Of a stretch of 64,000 bases of DNA, positions 26,801-38,864 are shown one piece after another. Origin of the DNA: Monocercomonoides exilis PA203 (lineage: Eukaryota; Protista; Preaxostyla). Numbering within the stretch: position 1 is the stretch's first letter; the number at the start of each line of letters is the position of its first letter. The stretch is from NCBI GenBank assembly GCA_001643675.2, contig LSRY02000015.1, positions 186,001 to 250,000 of the forward strand. Reading direction: 5' to 3'. The notes below the pieces were generated by a model. The model was given only the letters and a program-made list of their open reading frames with translations, made no database searches and was not told the DNA's origin. Made by a program: the position numbers and the translations under genes.

Positions 26801-28667
26801 AGACTGAAAAAAGAGACAACCCAGCTGCTTCCAATTCTGTCTGCACAGTTGTTGTTGAATCACTTTGGCCGTATATTGTGAAAGCATTTGTTCCACAGCC
26901 CACACTCTTCGTCTCTGTTATCGTTTCTGAAAATACTTCAACATTGGTGACAAAGTCTGGAATCAGTTGGGTGAGGCAATGGCTGATGGTGTTGCAAGGA
27001 TAGCTTTTATCCGTTCCACAGGCATATGAATCTTTGGCATTTGGTTGCTTTTGAATAGAGGAAACAAATCTCACTCTTCCAAAATCATTTCGAAGCCATT
27101 CACTTTTATCAGCAACAAAACGATGACTTGTGCTGACTCTGTTTGATGTTTGTCTTGTTGAGATGCAACTGGAATCAATATTGTTTGCTTCTGAATCATG
27201 AAGAGCAATATCGTGTCCCCCTTGCTCGCAAGAATTATTATGGAAAAAACAGAAGAAAAACAAAATTCCGTTATTATTTTCATTTATCAGTTGACAAACT
27301 GCACCTCCTCCACTCATCGAATAGCAATGACAAAACAGACAATTTGAAATTACAACTTTATCCGCTGGAAACCAATGCTCAATAGCACCTCCAGTGGATG
27401 AGATGGAATGATTTCCTCTGCAGAAAATAAAAAATGAATTCACGATGCATGGCCTTTGTTTTTTCGTCATTGTTGGGCGAAGATCAACTGCTCCTCCATC
27501 ATTGCCAGAGGAACAGTTTTGAAAAGAACAATCGTCAACCATTGATTGAAAGTTGACATTTTCAACCATAATTCCTCCTCCTCCACAATCTGTGGTCGCT
27601 GCAGCAGAACATTGAACGAACACAGAATGAAGGATAATGCATTCCGCAATATTCAAAGCATATATTCCACCACCTCTCGTTGAAGTGGCATTGCATCTTG
27701 TAAATGACGAATTTTCAACTCTCAGAATGGCATTTTCATTGTCATGAACATAAAGAGCCCCTCCTTGTGGTGCTGTGCAATCGGTCCATTCGCACAACGA
27801 AAATGATTGGCTATCGGTTATATTCATCTGTCCTTTTTTCTCAAGAGCATTCATTTCTCTTTTCCCGAAGCTTATTGATGTGTTTCTGCAGATAAATTCC
27901 TCTGACGAAAATGATCCACTTGAGATCCCTCCTTCAAATACATTCACACACGAATAAATGAGGCAGTTCTCCATTGAACTTTGATGGCAAAAATGTTCCA
28001 TTTTATAATCACTGCTTTTGTCAGATTTCACAGACATGTTCCTGAAGACACAATTATCAATCTGTTCACTTTTGCTCTGACCAGACAATAAGAAATAATC
28101 TGAGGATGATACAGCCAGATCTGCCATGATGGAATTTCTCAAAACGACCGAATTTGAATCATCAGATGAAAATATGAGGCTTCTGGAATAAAGACTGATT
28201 TGAGGGATCATAGTGAAATTCACAATGCTGATTGACCCACTTTGCAAAAGAAAAGGAGTTGTTGATTTTTGGTGGGAAACACACGATTCCATCATTATTG
28301 TTGACTTGTCTGCTATTTGCGCGCATGACGGAGAAGAATATTCAAATGCCAAATTTTTCAGTCCAACTGTGGAATTAATGAATCCCAAAAATGTATTTAT
28401 CACTGTCGATACTCCTGACAGCCACTTTTTCACTCCAGATGCACTCCGCTCAAATAAACAGTTGTCATCAACCTTTGATGGAAATTGAGCATCACTGGCA
28501 TTGCCTTGGCCTGAGAAAGCATGATTATTAGAAAAAAGAACATTTGAGGGGACACCTTCGCTTTTCCATGTGGAACTTCCAGAAACACCTTGTATTTCAA
28601 ACATGTTTGCAAAAAGCAAGCACGCCAAAAACCACAAATGTACATTCATTTCAATGAGATAACACAA
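20880..28667 (-). CDS. 2595-aa single-pass membrane protein: beta-helix/Pmp-like GGA repeats, CGxxxxPC motifs, TM helix, C-terminal TKL-like pseudokinase
   Basis: Signal-like N-terminus; repeated GGALY/GGGIY/GGAI motifs; four CGxxxxPC motifs; TM WLLIVIIMAIILLIVLVVSVVLAV followed by RWRK; kinase C-lobe motifs LRWKAPEL, FSIGMMLWECLTLQIPF, GERPP. Uninterrupted ORF. Confidence 0.85.
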   Translation of the reverse strand: MCYLIEMNVHLWFLACLLFANMFEIQGVSGSSTWKSEGVPSNVLFSNNHAFSGQGNASDAQFPSKVDDNCLFERSASGVKKWLSGVSTVINTFLGFINSTVGLKNLAFEYSSPSCAQIADKSTIMMESCVSHQKSTTPFLLQSGSISIVNFTMIPQISLYSRSLIFSSDDSNSVVLRNSIMADLAVSSSDYFLLSGQSKSEQIDNCVFRNMSVKSDKSSDYKMEHFCHQSSMENCLIYSCVNVFEGGISSGSFSSEEFICRNTSISFGKREMNALEKKGQMNITDSQSFSLCEWTDCTAPQGGALYVHDNENAILRVENSSFTRCNATSTRGGGIYALNIAECIILHSVFVQCSAAATTDCGGGGIMVENVNFQSMVDDCSFQNCSSGNDGGAVDLRPTMTKKQRPCIVNSFFIFCRGNHSISSTGGAIEHWFPADKVVISNCLFCHCYSMSGGGAVCQLINENNNGILFFFCFFHNNSCEQGGHDIALHDSEANNIDSSCISTRQTSNRVSTSHRFVADKSEWLRNDFGRVRFVSSIQKQPNAKDSYACGTDKSYPCNTISHCLTQLIPDFVTNVEVFSETITETKSVGCGTNAFTIYGQSDSTTTVQTELEAAGLSLFSVSTGTLTVNDLALVHDSKYDNNRASRLFKITGTGEMHVSRLNISVGSGHSTETAFTTELINVQGGIFQMESVNWAKTISTTSLISLSSTNEISLTFSECTFSGIERTRNGVAVMSFSNDKANIDLDSCSFEGCGSTSSDNGGSMMLCVGEANEVKVEGGSFDGCFCSSSNGLGGGILLRLLNENPNFLISSSFGTNTAKWGSDIFVFSPNLEVTAKSQKIQCIAASLDSFDKVRGYDNGNTSVVIPLCIYLLPTPEEIYVSDSEASDHSHCGIVQFPCLTMKHSLTRQTDTKKIVVSGMITMNDELAFAEQKHEIKGIDDESGWTVSDASSMTNSAMITANVETELSKLIFSLPPSLSLHSTFISSSSQLTLSHCSIFLQDHSSELAYLFLSVESGTLAIDSFSASSIALNGNPLILLTGSSTNTDSMSAKWLNMTNCNFTKIERRTGSGGCVSIDYSNDEDSNGEINIEECDFEECSVLADESKGGAINAQLKGSIQMNVISCTFTGCTAPAGEDKTGFGGGMALKLIDDDSSFVISSPVFEEDKPNVAKYGNDLFVESSNLTKSITNTSLPFVSENLSDISLDSMRGFDGNDTENTIPLIYFWRTLGSEIFIRDDGKDVCTCGFSDYPCLSIDYSLDRLAEGNEKNMNIIEKAILQKSVDMSGFSISSNNADMCSLECLSSLEGAEGTAMKIFGITDFELIDFVVPSSFTSGVSNLIYVGSSEGLLTLKDCSFTKNEESREGTINFGLIKADGGTVVLEFVSMQSLSFSKDVISVLSSTILNVKNLTMKNIELDGSSGLRISKSSGREKNEVEQDVIVEWSSFEEVTQNTTDDIPIIRNGNDDDPLKIVIRNTTMKKCGGTRCGKGGGMFCVLNEGGKFDCSFCTISECFCSTTGRGGWLFLECTSTVEQPLNFVLSNITFKDNSAFRGRDVYVRCHSIETQIVDEQFLLDFRTPFVKDLAMWGATTDSFVGEEDLLLRVVKYQSETIFVSSVADNHTDSKQCGEFNAPCHSLDVGVQHIIPSRYSQLLISEETIINGECDVHDVIIRSLESPSTALVHLNSTISGYKGSLLTTSEKVRIESVKFNFGRLFSYSGSSIIHEASGQLSLSFVDFSSVGGSNNNQLVVVLNSTLLSIAKGIVHVDNCSVSLLSFKKPSFLLNGDEVSFTNMKLEQIESTRNVVEIGQCGSVVLNGIDANGVKLSEGCIISIGSSTSGSVSVGSSSFKNCSRNSKGASVLSASSTSAQIVLSNCSCSDCNSLSSKGSMMEMNNTKDVLMDSCRFVGILSKESESERKNTFDEICEWNGSLVHSTNSSLMMKDVTILNASSGGLSISSGNVKIEAGNFSNNNPLNTKYPSLRRNIICSDSASLSISSLKGGDGVFPDISMWILNDGCLFEGIVSERASSFFIPVLEGVETKEEGAEVEVMLKGKLLLPCNLSFMVVKQIGAEKQIEKYEFDESGFVSETEVEGRLAREMISEAEEEAEVRVSILFGDADKQSSTDSFIVKNRSELKANGDERIVEGGKEWKSYWLLIVIIMAIILLIVLVVSVVLAVRWRKAKNEAEDLREIVNDNIRKDPKLIEMVTMEMSPEEQWRRAEREAEKKNEERIKKRVYEKSLGHSESSEHLLSESGSTEYILGKDSDKIPEWMLEKEEEEEEIRKRTPSPSISSTCSTDSDSTFVRRDDLCPTTSSMSNLVDAMACSSPHEKLIVDLRDSLFMLLHGLNKTKEMPIGTLKEREHTAAQILFWVANLALHSFDEMENPLQSLSNLSPHIVLFSEHMVICIVMHSDLLSDDDSDSSSISSSTVVTSASGNDDDEDSLPSSAFEDEDSFKKECLRWKAPELQMNKKMGATKESVSFSIGMMLWECLTLQIPFGEYEAEVAGQKIVNGERPPLEIIGGSSKLDIVKSCLEQNSQCRETLTGLKRELIQGFPPGALIMTISDAITLEPDSGIESGNGEENGSLCTNSTTTVK

Positions 28668-29081
28668 TTTTGATGATGAATGAAATTATTTTTTGAAGGA
28701 TCAAAATGGCCATAATAAAATATTTTTTCTATTCCTGATTGAAAAGAATATAAATATTTGACATTTCATTTCGATAATAATTCACAAAATATTTGATACA
28801 GCCTTGGAATAATGCTGTTTCTTCATATATTCCGCTTCATGAATCAGCATCTGACAATATCTGAAATAATCAAATTAAAAAAAATATAATTAATATTTAA
28901 TCAGAAAATTGAATGAGAAAAACATAAAAGTCTAATGGAAGGACTAAATGAACATATCAATAAACCTCATTGAATCAAAGCCAAGGATAAATTGAAGGGG
29001 GAAAAAATTTTATTTAAAAAGTCACACAAATCTGGCTAATGAATAAAAAATAAAGAAATACAAAATGATTCATCTCTTGAT

Positions 29082-32000
29082 TCATTCAAATGATGAGCAC
29101 TTCTTCACCCCCTGTTCTGCTCTTCCCAGAAAACAAAAGATAGTAATCCTTGGGCAATATTTTATTTTTTTTGAAGAATGAAGGCTCATCAAACAAGCCC
29201 TTTCTTCCTCTCTTCCTTTCCTCAATTTCCTCTTCTTCTCTCTCTCTCTTTTTTCCCGACAGCTCCAATCTTCTCTCTGATATCTTTTTTGTTGTTTATT
29301 TTTTCTTATTTGTTTCTCCTTTTCCTCATTCTGCACAAGCATCTTGGATGAATTGAACTTTGCCTCTTCTGCAATCTTCTCCTTCTCAACCATTTATCAC
29401 AAATTCTACTCTTTTTCTGAAGAGATCTGCTTGAGACTTTACTGACAGAAACAGCAGCAGATCCAGTGGCATTTCATCTGCCTCTCCTAATTTCCTCTTT
29501 GTTTCCTCTTTCTGTCATCTCCTTCCCAATCTGCTCCTCATGTTTCCACATTGTGGACTTTGCACATTGCTTTCCTTCCATCTTCAGCCCAGCCATCCAA
29601 AAATAACCATATTTCCTTTTTCTCTTCTCTCACAATCATTATCATCTTCTTCTTTTTCTCATTTATTTGTCAAAATGAACGAACAACATTTCTTTTCAGA
29701 CACGCTCAGCTCCTTTCTCCAGCAAACCGACTCTTTTGCAAAGTCTTCTGTGCCCATAAAGAGGATGTGGAATGCAGGCCTTCTCAACTGATATGCCAAA
29801 AGCACTTCAAAAAACAAAAGACAACAAACAAAAAAAGATAAAATTGAATGTGTTGAAATCAAAATCAAAAATCATTAATGAATTAAAAAAATATTTCTTT
29901 TTCTCCAGTAAATTTCATTTATTTTCTGTTTTCTTTACAAATAACAACAAATAAGAAATACACAGCCAAAGCACACCTTCATTTTTCTGGTCTTCGCTAG
30001 TCGGGATTCTTATTGACAAATATGAAATTGTGCCATCTTTTCTTGTTTTGTTGAAAAGCGTTGAAGTTCGTTTTCGACTGTGTGCAAAATGATGCATCCG
30101 TCTCTTTCCTCTTCCACTTTGAACCCTTCACTTAATCTTTTCATTTTTTTTCTTCTTCTTCTTTTTCATTCTCTTCCTCCACTTCATTGAGTTGGGAGAA
30201 TACAGAAATATTCTTCCCAAGAGAACCTCAGATCTCGATGATTCCATTCGATTTTCAAACAGGCAGTTTTTATTCAAAAAAAGTCAGGTCGATTCACAAT
30301 GAGAATAGAAACAGCACATACGAAGTCCATCGACTGGAATTGAATCGAAAACTGGCTTTCAAAGCATTCAAAAATGATGGTTGTATTTTTTTGTTGACCT
30401 TGCTTCATGGGGTGAGTGAGGTACATTTTCAGCTGGAGCTCAAAGCAAGCCAAAGACATGGAAGTTATTCCCAGTGGACTTGGTAGCGTCGCAGGGGTCT
30501 GCTGTATTCTGATGCAGCCACAGACATCTGCTCCGCTCTTGGCAATCGTTTTGTTTGAAATGGTCAAAGCAAGCTGGCTGATGAACACATCATTTCATCC
30601 TCTGTTCATCTGAGTGGCTGTGCAATACTGGATGAAATGAGCAGCCATGCAAAAATTCAAGTTTCTGAACAATCTTGAAATCCAATTTAAAGAAATGTTT
30701 GCACAAACAAATCCAAAGCCTTTTCTTGACAACCGAATGATTTTTAAATCCAGAAAGGAACAAATGCTCATATCTTGAGGATGTTTCATGGAAAATTCCC
30801 GTCAAATCCCTTGCTCATTTCTGGGTGGAGAGAAATGAAAGCATCAAAAAGAAAAAGTGGAAAAAATGCATTTCAGTTCTCACTTCACGAGAAACTTCAA
30901 AGTTTGATTCCTATTTGATTTTGAATATTCAAATCCACATACGCCATGTGTCTGGCCTTGTCGAAATACCTTTGCTGTTCTCAACCAATCATTTTTCAAA
31001 CATGTTTTATTGTTATCTTCAAAAAAACACTTGTTTCAGAGGCTGAGAATAAATGCACTAATTCAAATGTGGTTTCAACGCTTCCTTGCTCACAAAACCG
31101 TGAAATATCTGTATGGTCGCATTTCACATTTTATCAAGAGCATTGGAATGGATTTTTGTTTCATTTTGTTTTCTTATTTTTTCACTCTTTGATGAGAGCC
31201 TGATCATCAGCCATACTGGATTGAGCGATTGAACGAAGACAACCAATTGAGCAATGTGATGAAGAAGTTTTGCTTTCTTGTTCAAAAAATAAATATTGAG
31301 AGATCTTCTGTTCTTAATCTTCCATTGTTTTGCAGATTGCCATCTTGAATTCCTTTCTCTCTGACTGTTTTTCAGGCATTTGTTGTTTTTCCCATATAGT
31401 TCGAAGAATGGAGGTTGCTTGATTATCCCAAAAATTCTGCTGCAAAACAACTGTCGTTTGCGATTATTTCCCATCAGTGTCAATTTGAGAACATTGAGTG
31501 ATGACTGCATGAAAGTTCTATTCATCACGAGTGTTTTCGAGATTTGTGCATTTGAATGTTTCACATGAAAGGAGCATATGTTTGATGCACAATGTGTGCA
31601 TATATTTTTCATGATATTTTTGGAGATTGATATTTTGATGTTTTGATGAATATTGAAAAATTTTCTTGGAGAAATGACTTCATTCAGGGAGATTGCAATA
31701 AGGCTCCTGGAAAAAAATTCCAAGATGATTTTTTGGGTGGAACAACTTGGCTGGGTTTTGCAAGGCATCATCAGCGGAGTTTCAATTTTGACAATTCAGC
31801 TCATCATTGACTGAATTTTTGATAAACTCAGAAAATGACTTTGAAGCTTCTTCGAGCTTGTTTCCAGAGCAGTTGGCAGCACCATCGGCTTTTCAAGCGA
31901 AATGTGTTTCAGTTGAAGCGAGCATTCTTCATTGAACTTTCAGAGTGTAATATCCCAGTCATAGTTGAAGAAATACAATGCTATTTCATTGTCTGGCAAG

Positions 32001-32600
32001 TTGGCAGCAGCCATTGCAGAGTTCCGAGTGACTGAAGAAACTCACATAACAGGTGCTGTCGCTGCGAACAATTCTTCAGCAAAAAGTTGCCAATTCCAAT
32101 TGCTAGCACATCTTTCTGCACATTCGCATTTCATCAGAAAGACATTTATCCCAGTTTGTTCATTCGCAGCTGGCGATGACTGTTCTTTGTGAATTAGCCC
32201 AAACAAGTATTTTTGCTGATGCGGAAGGGATGCATCAAGGAAATGAATGAAAGCGGGGCGAAATTGGATTTGAAGAACAGGAAGAGAAGATATCTGAGAA
32301 ATCACAACTTTTTTTGTTGAAGAAGCTGTGATGTGCTGTGTAATTGCAGATGGAGGAGAACAATGGAGGGAAAACCCAAAATAACCTGGAAGCATCGCAG
32401 ATGCAGCCTTTCAGATAGCCAGAAAATCAGTGAGCAGTTGCGATTGACAGAATGGCTGATGCTGTTTGGATGAAGAAAACGAGTAATAGGCAACATTCAC
32501 TTGCATTTCAAAGGATTTTTTTTATTGAATGAGAGTCTGCCTTGTGAAGAATTGAAGGGAATGTTTTTCAGTGTGAAAGCCTTTCCAACATTGCATCTTT
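29082..32600 (-). pseudogene. Decayed coding-like sequence of unknown family
   Basis: Coding-like composition, E/K-rich fragments, only short broken ORFs. Confidence 0.3.
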
Positions 32601-33390
32601 TGATGATTTCATGAAAATTGCAATTTATTCAGAGCAAACATTTGGCTTTTGTTCTCGATTGAATGCTGGGTAATTGAACTCGAAAAGAAAGGTTCTTCTT
32701 CACTTCATTCACACTCAACACACACAAATCCTCTTTTCATTCCCAATCTTCTTCGCTCTTCGCTTATTCTTCCAATTCGCACAGACTCGATGAAAGCAGA
32801 GGAAGCAGCTGGAAAGACACCTTCACCGCAACAAGGGGCAGGAAAGGGATGCAGAAAACGGTTGCTGAAGGAAAGAGTATTTTGTGTTTTTTACAATGAG
32901 AAGACAATTCATTTGAAAATAACTTTTGTTGAATAAAACAAGAAATCTGAATGGTTTGAACAATTTTTCTTATAATTCATTGGTTGTTTTTAATGAAAGT
33001 GGAAGAAATGGATCGAAAAGGAGGAAAAAGGAAATGTTATTATTTATTATTTATTTATTTTTCATATTGTTTATTTGTTGAGGAAAAAGATGGATTTGAA
33101 TGCCTAAAAAAGATTCAAAGGTTACCACCTGCCAGAAAATGTCACAGAAGCAAAAGACAAAAATCCAAAGAAAATATTTCATCGGATTTTTGTGTTCAAA
33201 CTGATTGACATTTTCCTTTTCAATCAACGATTTTCTATCATCTCATTCAACGCATTCATTCATCTTCTTCTTCTTCTAACTCTTCCTCTTTACCCATTTT
33301 TAACTCCTCACTATAAGAAACCGTTTTCATCTGTTCCTATCACTCGGGAATGGCGATCTTTCACAGCTGATTGATCTTTCTGATCCTAAT

Positions 33391-34533
33391 GTGGATGCTG
33401 CGCTTGTATTTTCATTGGAGCTGTTATTTGACACGAAAGCCTATTTCAAAATGCTTCTTGTGGCACGTGCAGCACAGAAATCGTCTCTTCGCTCGGCTCA
33501 TTCGTCTTCGTCTTCTTCTTCAACTGGAGCAGCACGCCGATCAACTTCACCATTCCGGAGGCGGAGAAGCAACGAGAAGAAGGCAGCAGAAGATGATAAG
33601 CCATCACAACCGCCATCGATTGACCCTGCAGATGCATCGGTGACAGCTTCAAACACATCATCAGGAGCGATGTCCGACATTGAGAGGCGGCTGCGAATTG
33701 CGGTGTCTGAGGCAGCTGGGGTGTATGAATATCACAAGAAGTTGTTACTGAGAGCGATGAAGGGATATGTTGTGGCTCTGCAGGCGGTGCTGTATGGGGG
33801 CGTTGTGTGTTCCGACGATGTGGCGTTTTCGGCAATGCTTTCAGTTCCGCTGGTGGCGCTGTTTACGTCGCTTGCAGCACAAGCGAGTGCAAAGCAGGGG
33901 AGAAAGAGAATCTTTGCAGCGGAGGATGTGAATAGCATTCTTGTCGATCAACGATCAATCTGACTCTTCACTGCAGATATTGCGATCACAACAGTCGAGG
34001 CGTGTGGCGGTGAAGCTGGACGAGGAAGTGATGAAGTGATTGGGCGAGGGATTGCAGTGTGTGAAGTGGGAGAGATTGTGGAGAAGGGGCTGTCGGCAGC
34101 GGGGCTGAGGACGGAGGACGTGGTTCTGTTGCCTGAGGAGATTGCGCTGGATGTGCTGGAGGAGCGGGAAGAGGCAGAGGAAGGAGAAAGGGGAGGCAAA
34201 GAGGGAGAAGAAAGGGGAGAAGAATATGGAGGGAGAGTGGGAGGCAAAGATGAAGGGAGAGAGGGAGGTGATGGGAATGAGGAGAAAGGCGGGTATCCGG
34301 CAGCGCACAGAGAGTTTGTGGAGAGAATCAAAGAGAACTTGGGGAAGATGGAAAAAGCGATGGAGCAACTGGTTGTGGAGGCGCTTGGGCTGAGTTGGCT
34401 GAGGTTTGTGAAGGCAGAGGCTGACTGCAGCATGCGATGGAACCAGAAGTGTGCAGTTCTTCTCCATCTGATGGAATTCTACAGGAGAACAGGAGAGCAG
34501 AAAAAGCGCAGCAGATTTATCATTTGGGAATAA
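33391..34533 (+). pseudogene. Member of a lineage-specific multigene family (paralogue at 47800-48800); possibly broken
   Basis: IERRLRIAVSEAAGVY, KRIFAA and GRGIAVCEVGEIVEKGL match the second copy; likely short intron gtgaat...ctgac...cag at ~33928-33976. Confidence 0.55.
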
Positions 34534-35184
34534 CTTCAGACTGAAGTTCAGAAGTGGAAGAAAAAGTTTTGGGGCAGCTGAAAATATAGGAAATCAGTTG
34601 GGCAATGAATGGGGAACAAGTTTGAACGGGGGATTCAACAGATTTGGAGGTGGTGGAGGAGGAGAATGAGGATGAGAAGAAGATGAAAGAAGAAAAAGAA
34701 AAAGAAGAATATAGGAGTTCATGATTGAGAAGAGATAATAGATTTTCCAATTATCAAAGGAAAGCCACATATGTTTTTTCATAAACAATCTTCTGCAATT
34801 AAGCCTTTTTTCTCAATGAATATGAAACTCTTTTCTTCAATTCAAAAAATCAGTTTGAATCTGAAAAAAAAAGCAAGATTAACAAAAAGCTGCTCAAAAG
34901 AGCAGAAAACAGAATCAATAAGAGAAGATGAAAGAACTTGCGTGCATTTGTTTCACTCTCACGAAACTGCTTTGAAGATGCAAGTCATTTTGTGAAGACT
35001 TTTCAAGAAGATAAGAAGAAAATGAAAGTTATAAAAATTCCCTTTTAATTTCATTTCATCAAAAATGAAGTTGAAGAAAAAAATATAATTTTGGAAGCAA
35101 AAATCTTTGAAATTTTGTTGAATTGTGAAACGAAATAAAACAAAACAAAAATTTGAATTACAAAATATAAAGCATTTTTATTTG

Positions 35185-36617
35185 TTATGCATTAACAAAA
35201 TAATCTGAAACATTCGACGATAACACACGTTGAAATGTTCCGTTGAGAAAATAAAACATTTCACAAAAACTTGCAATGTTATCTTCATACCCTTCTTCTT
35301 CCATCTTTTCAAACACTTTCCTTTTCAATTCTTTTCTTTTCGCCTCTTCCATTTCGTCTCTCTTCTTTTCTTTTAAGCTTTTGGTGATTCTTACCAAAAA
35401 CAATAAGTATTTTCGTATTTGGGAGTTTTCAACATCTGATTGATAAAACTCCTTCAAGCAGAAATCAACAACCCCACCTTTCACCAGATCGTCTGCATCA
35501 ATATCTTCCTTTTCTCTCATTTGCATCAAAACATTCAAGCACAGTTGACGAGTATCTCTTTGATTTTTTGCAATTGAGCTGCACAGCCTCACAACACATG
35601 CAATATACTGCAAGTTATTTGCTTCATAATGAGTGTCCAGACTGAAATAATGATATGCAGTGGTGAGCCATCGTTTGAAAATGCATATTTCGTTCATTCC
35701 TCCTGTTTTCTCTTCAGCCTTCTTTCTTTCCACAACCCTTTCCAGTTCTTCTAATTCTTTTGTTGCTTCATTCGCAAAATCCAAGTTTCTTGCTATGTTG
35801 ATAAATAATTTTCTATTATCATTGCCAAATGTGAAAATGAGCCAAGCAGATTGGTAGGCAAGCAACGTGAGGTTGTGATGCTCTTGATGGAACCGGATAA
35901 TTCGAGTAATCTCTTTCCAATACAACACTTCACAGATTTTCTTTTAATATGAAAATATCAAAGATAAGATAAGAATTGACAAAAAAAAACATTGTGAAAC
36001 TTCACAAATTGCATTTTACACACCACGTGATAGAAAATGTTGCTCAAAGCAAGCAAAGCCATTTCAGCTTCTTTCTGCACTTCTTCCCCATTCCCTTCTC
36101 TTGCTGCAACCTCCAGCAGGCAGGGGATACACATTGAAAGCAATTCTTTTGGTACACAATTGTACCTAAAATGAAGCAAAAGATAACTTTCAAAGAGATC
36201 AACCGTCAACTTCTTATTTTTCCTTTTCCTTTTCGTTCCTTCGTTGTAAATCATCTTCACAATTCTCTGGAACAGCAAAGACCTACTAAAACTGGAAGTC
36301 CACAAATCTTTCATCACATTACAATATCCAATATTCTTCAGCAACAATACTGCAGCCTTTGTGGATAATTTCCTGTTTCCCATCAACTTGTCAATTTGAT
36401 CAAATGTTTCTTTTGTCAAAACTGAATCCAAATCCTTCCATTCCATTATTCCAATTAATTCATTCATTTCGAGAATTTTCTGTTTTTGAATGTTTCCGCG
36501 GCTTCGATCAATCTCAGAAAGTATTTCTTCAAAAAAAGGAAAAGAAGAAAAGAAAAGAAAATGATGAGCAATAAAAGCATTTCTCCGAAAAACAAACCTA
36601 AAAATCCATTCTCGCAA
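35185..36617 (-). CDS. Helical hypothetical protein of an expanded lineage-specific family, with introns
   Basis: ORFs 35958-36617 and 35185-35928; motifs IPCLLEVA...KEAEMALLAL, HQEHHNLTLLAYQSAW and KVFEKMEEEGYED are shared with the paralogue at 38865-39800. Confidence 0.65.
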
Positions 36618-38598
36618 GTTTCGTTCTTCATTGTTATCAAATCAGTTCAATCAAAAAAAGCAAACAAAAATCGAAAGATGTTTGTGGTCAAACAAATAAT
36701 GCATATTCAACAATTAAAAACATTTCCTTACCTTCATTTCAACACTTTAAAGCTGATTTCGAAGCCCTTAACAATTTTGAATTAAATATTTCTTTATGAA
36801 AAAATGATAATGGCACTGAGCTCTTTCGAAAACTTCAAAACGATAAGAATTGAGTGTATAGTATTTTTCAGAACATTAATTATGCATAAAAATGAAATTG
36901 CTCCATAATAATTTCAATACAAGAAAGATTTTCTGCTTAAACTTCAATTTGAAGAGATCTGAAAGAATGAAATGGTGAGATGCTTAACATGTTGAACATA
37001 AAAAGCAGTATCAAAGGAGCAACAAACCAGAACATCGAAAAAACGATGAATAATCATTTTGATATTTTGAGCCCGACGCTCGGATTGAAACCTTTAAAGA
37101 AAATAAAGCACAAACGTTGAAGTTAATTTCAATGGAGTATTCATTTTGGTTTATTCGTATTGCAGAAGCATGGAATTCTTCGAAAGAATTAACTGGTTGT
37201 TTTTGTTTTTTGAAAAACAATTACAATTATTACAAATGAAGTGTTTCTGATACTGCTTCGTTTATCGCTTCAAAAGGAAAAAATGCAATCTGGAGACTTC
37301 TGCAACATTTACAATTAATTTATCTTGAAAATTTCTTTTTTGTTCCTATTTACAAAAAAGAACAAAAATGAAACCTCTGATTCATTGAGACTTTCTTCCA
37401 AATGACATCCGAAGAATGCTGGAAAGGCAATGCAAATACATGAGTTTAACAGCTCTTTTAAAAATTGGAAAGCTTTCACGAGGTACATGAAGAATATTTG
37501 TGAAAAGAGGCAGCTGCTAACAAAAAGAGAGAACTGAATTGTTCAAATTTCTTGCAATTACTGAAGAAAAGAGACTACTTGCGGCTACGTGCGAACACTC
37601 TTTTTTCAATTTTTTTTTTAACGGAAGTTGACTCTAAAAGGCAGGCAAATGCAAGTATTTTTTATGTCGCGGTGTATCCTGATATGAAAAGCAGTTTAAG
37701 CAAAGATAATTCATCCAGAACAATGGGGCATTGCGCACATGAAATTTGTCTATGCAATCAACCGAGCTATGAACGATCATTTCAAACGACACTCCATAGA
37801 ATTAAACTCAACAAAGAAGAATTTCTGGTAAAAAAACGAGTTATTTGCAATCGCATCTGCAGCAAAGGAACTTGTGTGGAACTCTTTTTTCTTTAGGAGC
37901 TAATCGTTGCAAAAATTATGGTATTCGAAAAGGGAGAACAATTTTTGAATGCTAACAACATTGCATGAAGCTTCTGGAGCTATCTTATGAAGGCTGATGA
38001 ATGATGAGCCATTTTTCATTTTTCTGCAATTTCTGCTCCCACAAACACCAGCCAATAGAATGTTGAATCATTATTTTGCTTTATTCGAATGAAAATGTAA
38101 ATTACATTCAGAAAAATGAAACGAAATGTTTCAAATGCTCACACATTTCCGTTTTCAAGCTCATCATCTGTTGCTTCATTCACTTTCAATCCTCAAGATT
38201 AATCACCTTCTTCTTCTTCCTGTTTTTCATTATCATCTTCTTGTCATTTCAGAAAAACTCATTTATACAGAAAGAAAAACCCCCAAAGAAACCCTTACAA
38301 ATCAAAACAGAAAAATAGAAAATAAAGTCTATATTGATTTGCGTTCGGCTTGTTGATGAGAACGTATCTTCATATTTGTGAATTCCTTCGCTTTTTCATT
38401 CAACTTGCTTGGATTTGAAGAGGTCAGTGGAAAATGCAACAAAAATACGTTCAGATGAACAAAAGAACAAAAAAGAAAAAGAAAATTCGTTATTATCGAT
38501 GAATTAATTCAGAATTGCTTTATTTACAAAATTATTCTTATCGCTTCTTTCTTTTTGGGAAGGCTTTTGAAGAAGAAAGGAAAGACTTTGTCTAAATA

Positions 38599-38599
<1 letters not shown>

Positions 38600-38640
<41 letters not shown>

Positions 38641-38666
38641 TTTGTTTGTTTGTTTGTTTGTTTGTT
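38600..38666. repeat. Poly-T run followed by (GTTT)n
   Basis: Seen directly. Confidence 0.9.
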
Positions 38667-38864
38667 TCTTCATTTCATTTTGAAAAGAAGTGGGAAAAAA
38701 CAATTCACATATATATAAATAAATATTTGTTGCTTTGTCCCATAAAGGAGTTATGAAAAAAAGACTTTTTTTTTCAAACAACGCAATTGTTACTTGAATT
38801 GTGAAACGAATGAAAAAGAAAATGAAACTTTTGAGTTACAGAATTCAATACATTTTTTCTAACT

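Noticed and set aside
21724-28488. Plus-strand ORFs up to 383 aa
   Set aside because: Antisense shadows of the 2595-aa gene
38600-38666. Poly-T run as a retrocopy poly(A) tail of the 38865-39800 gene
   Set aside because: The copy appears to retain an intron-like AT-rich gap (~39625-39690) and no TSD is visible
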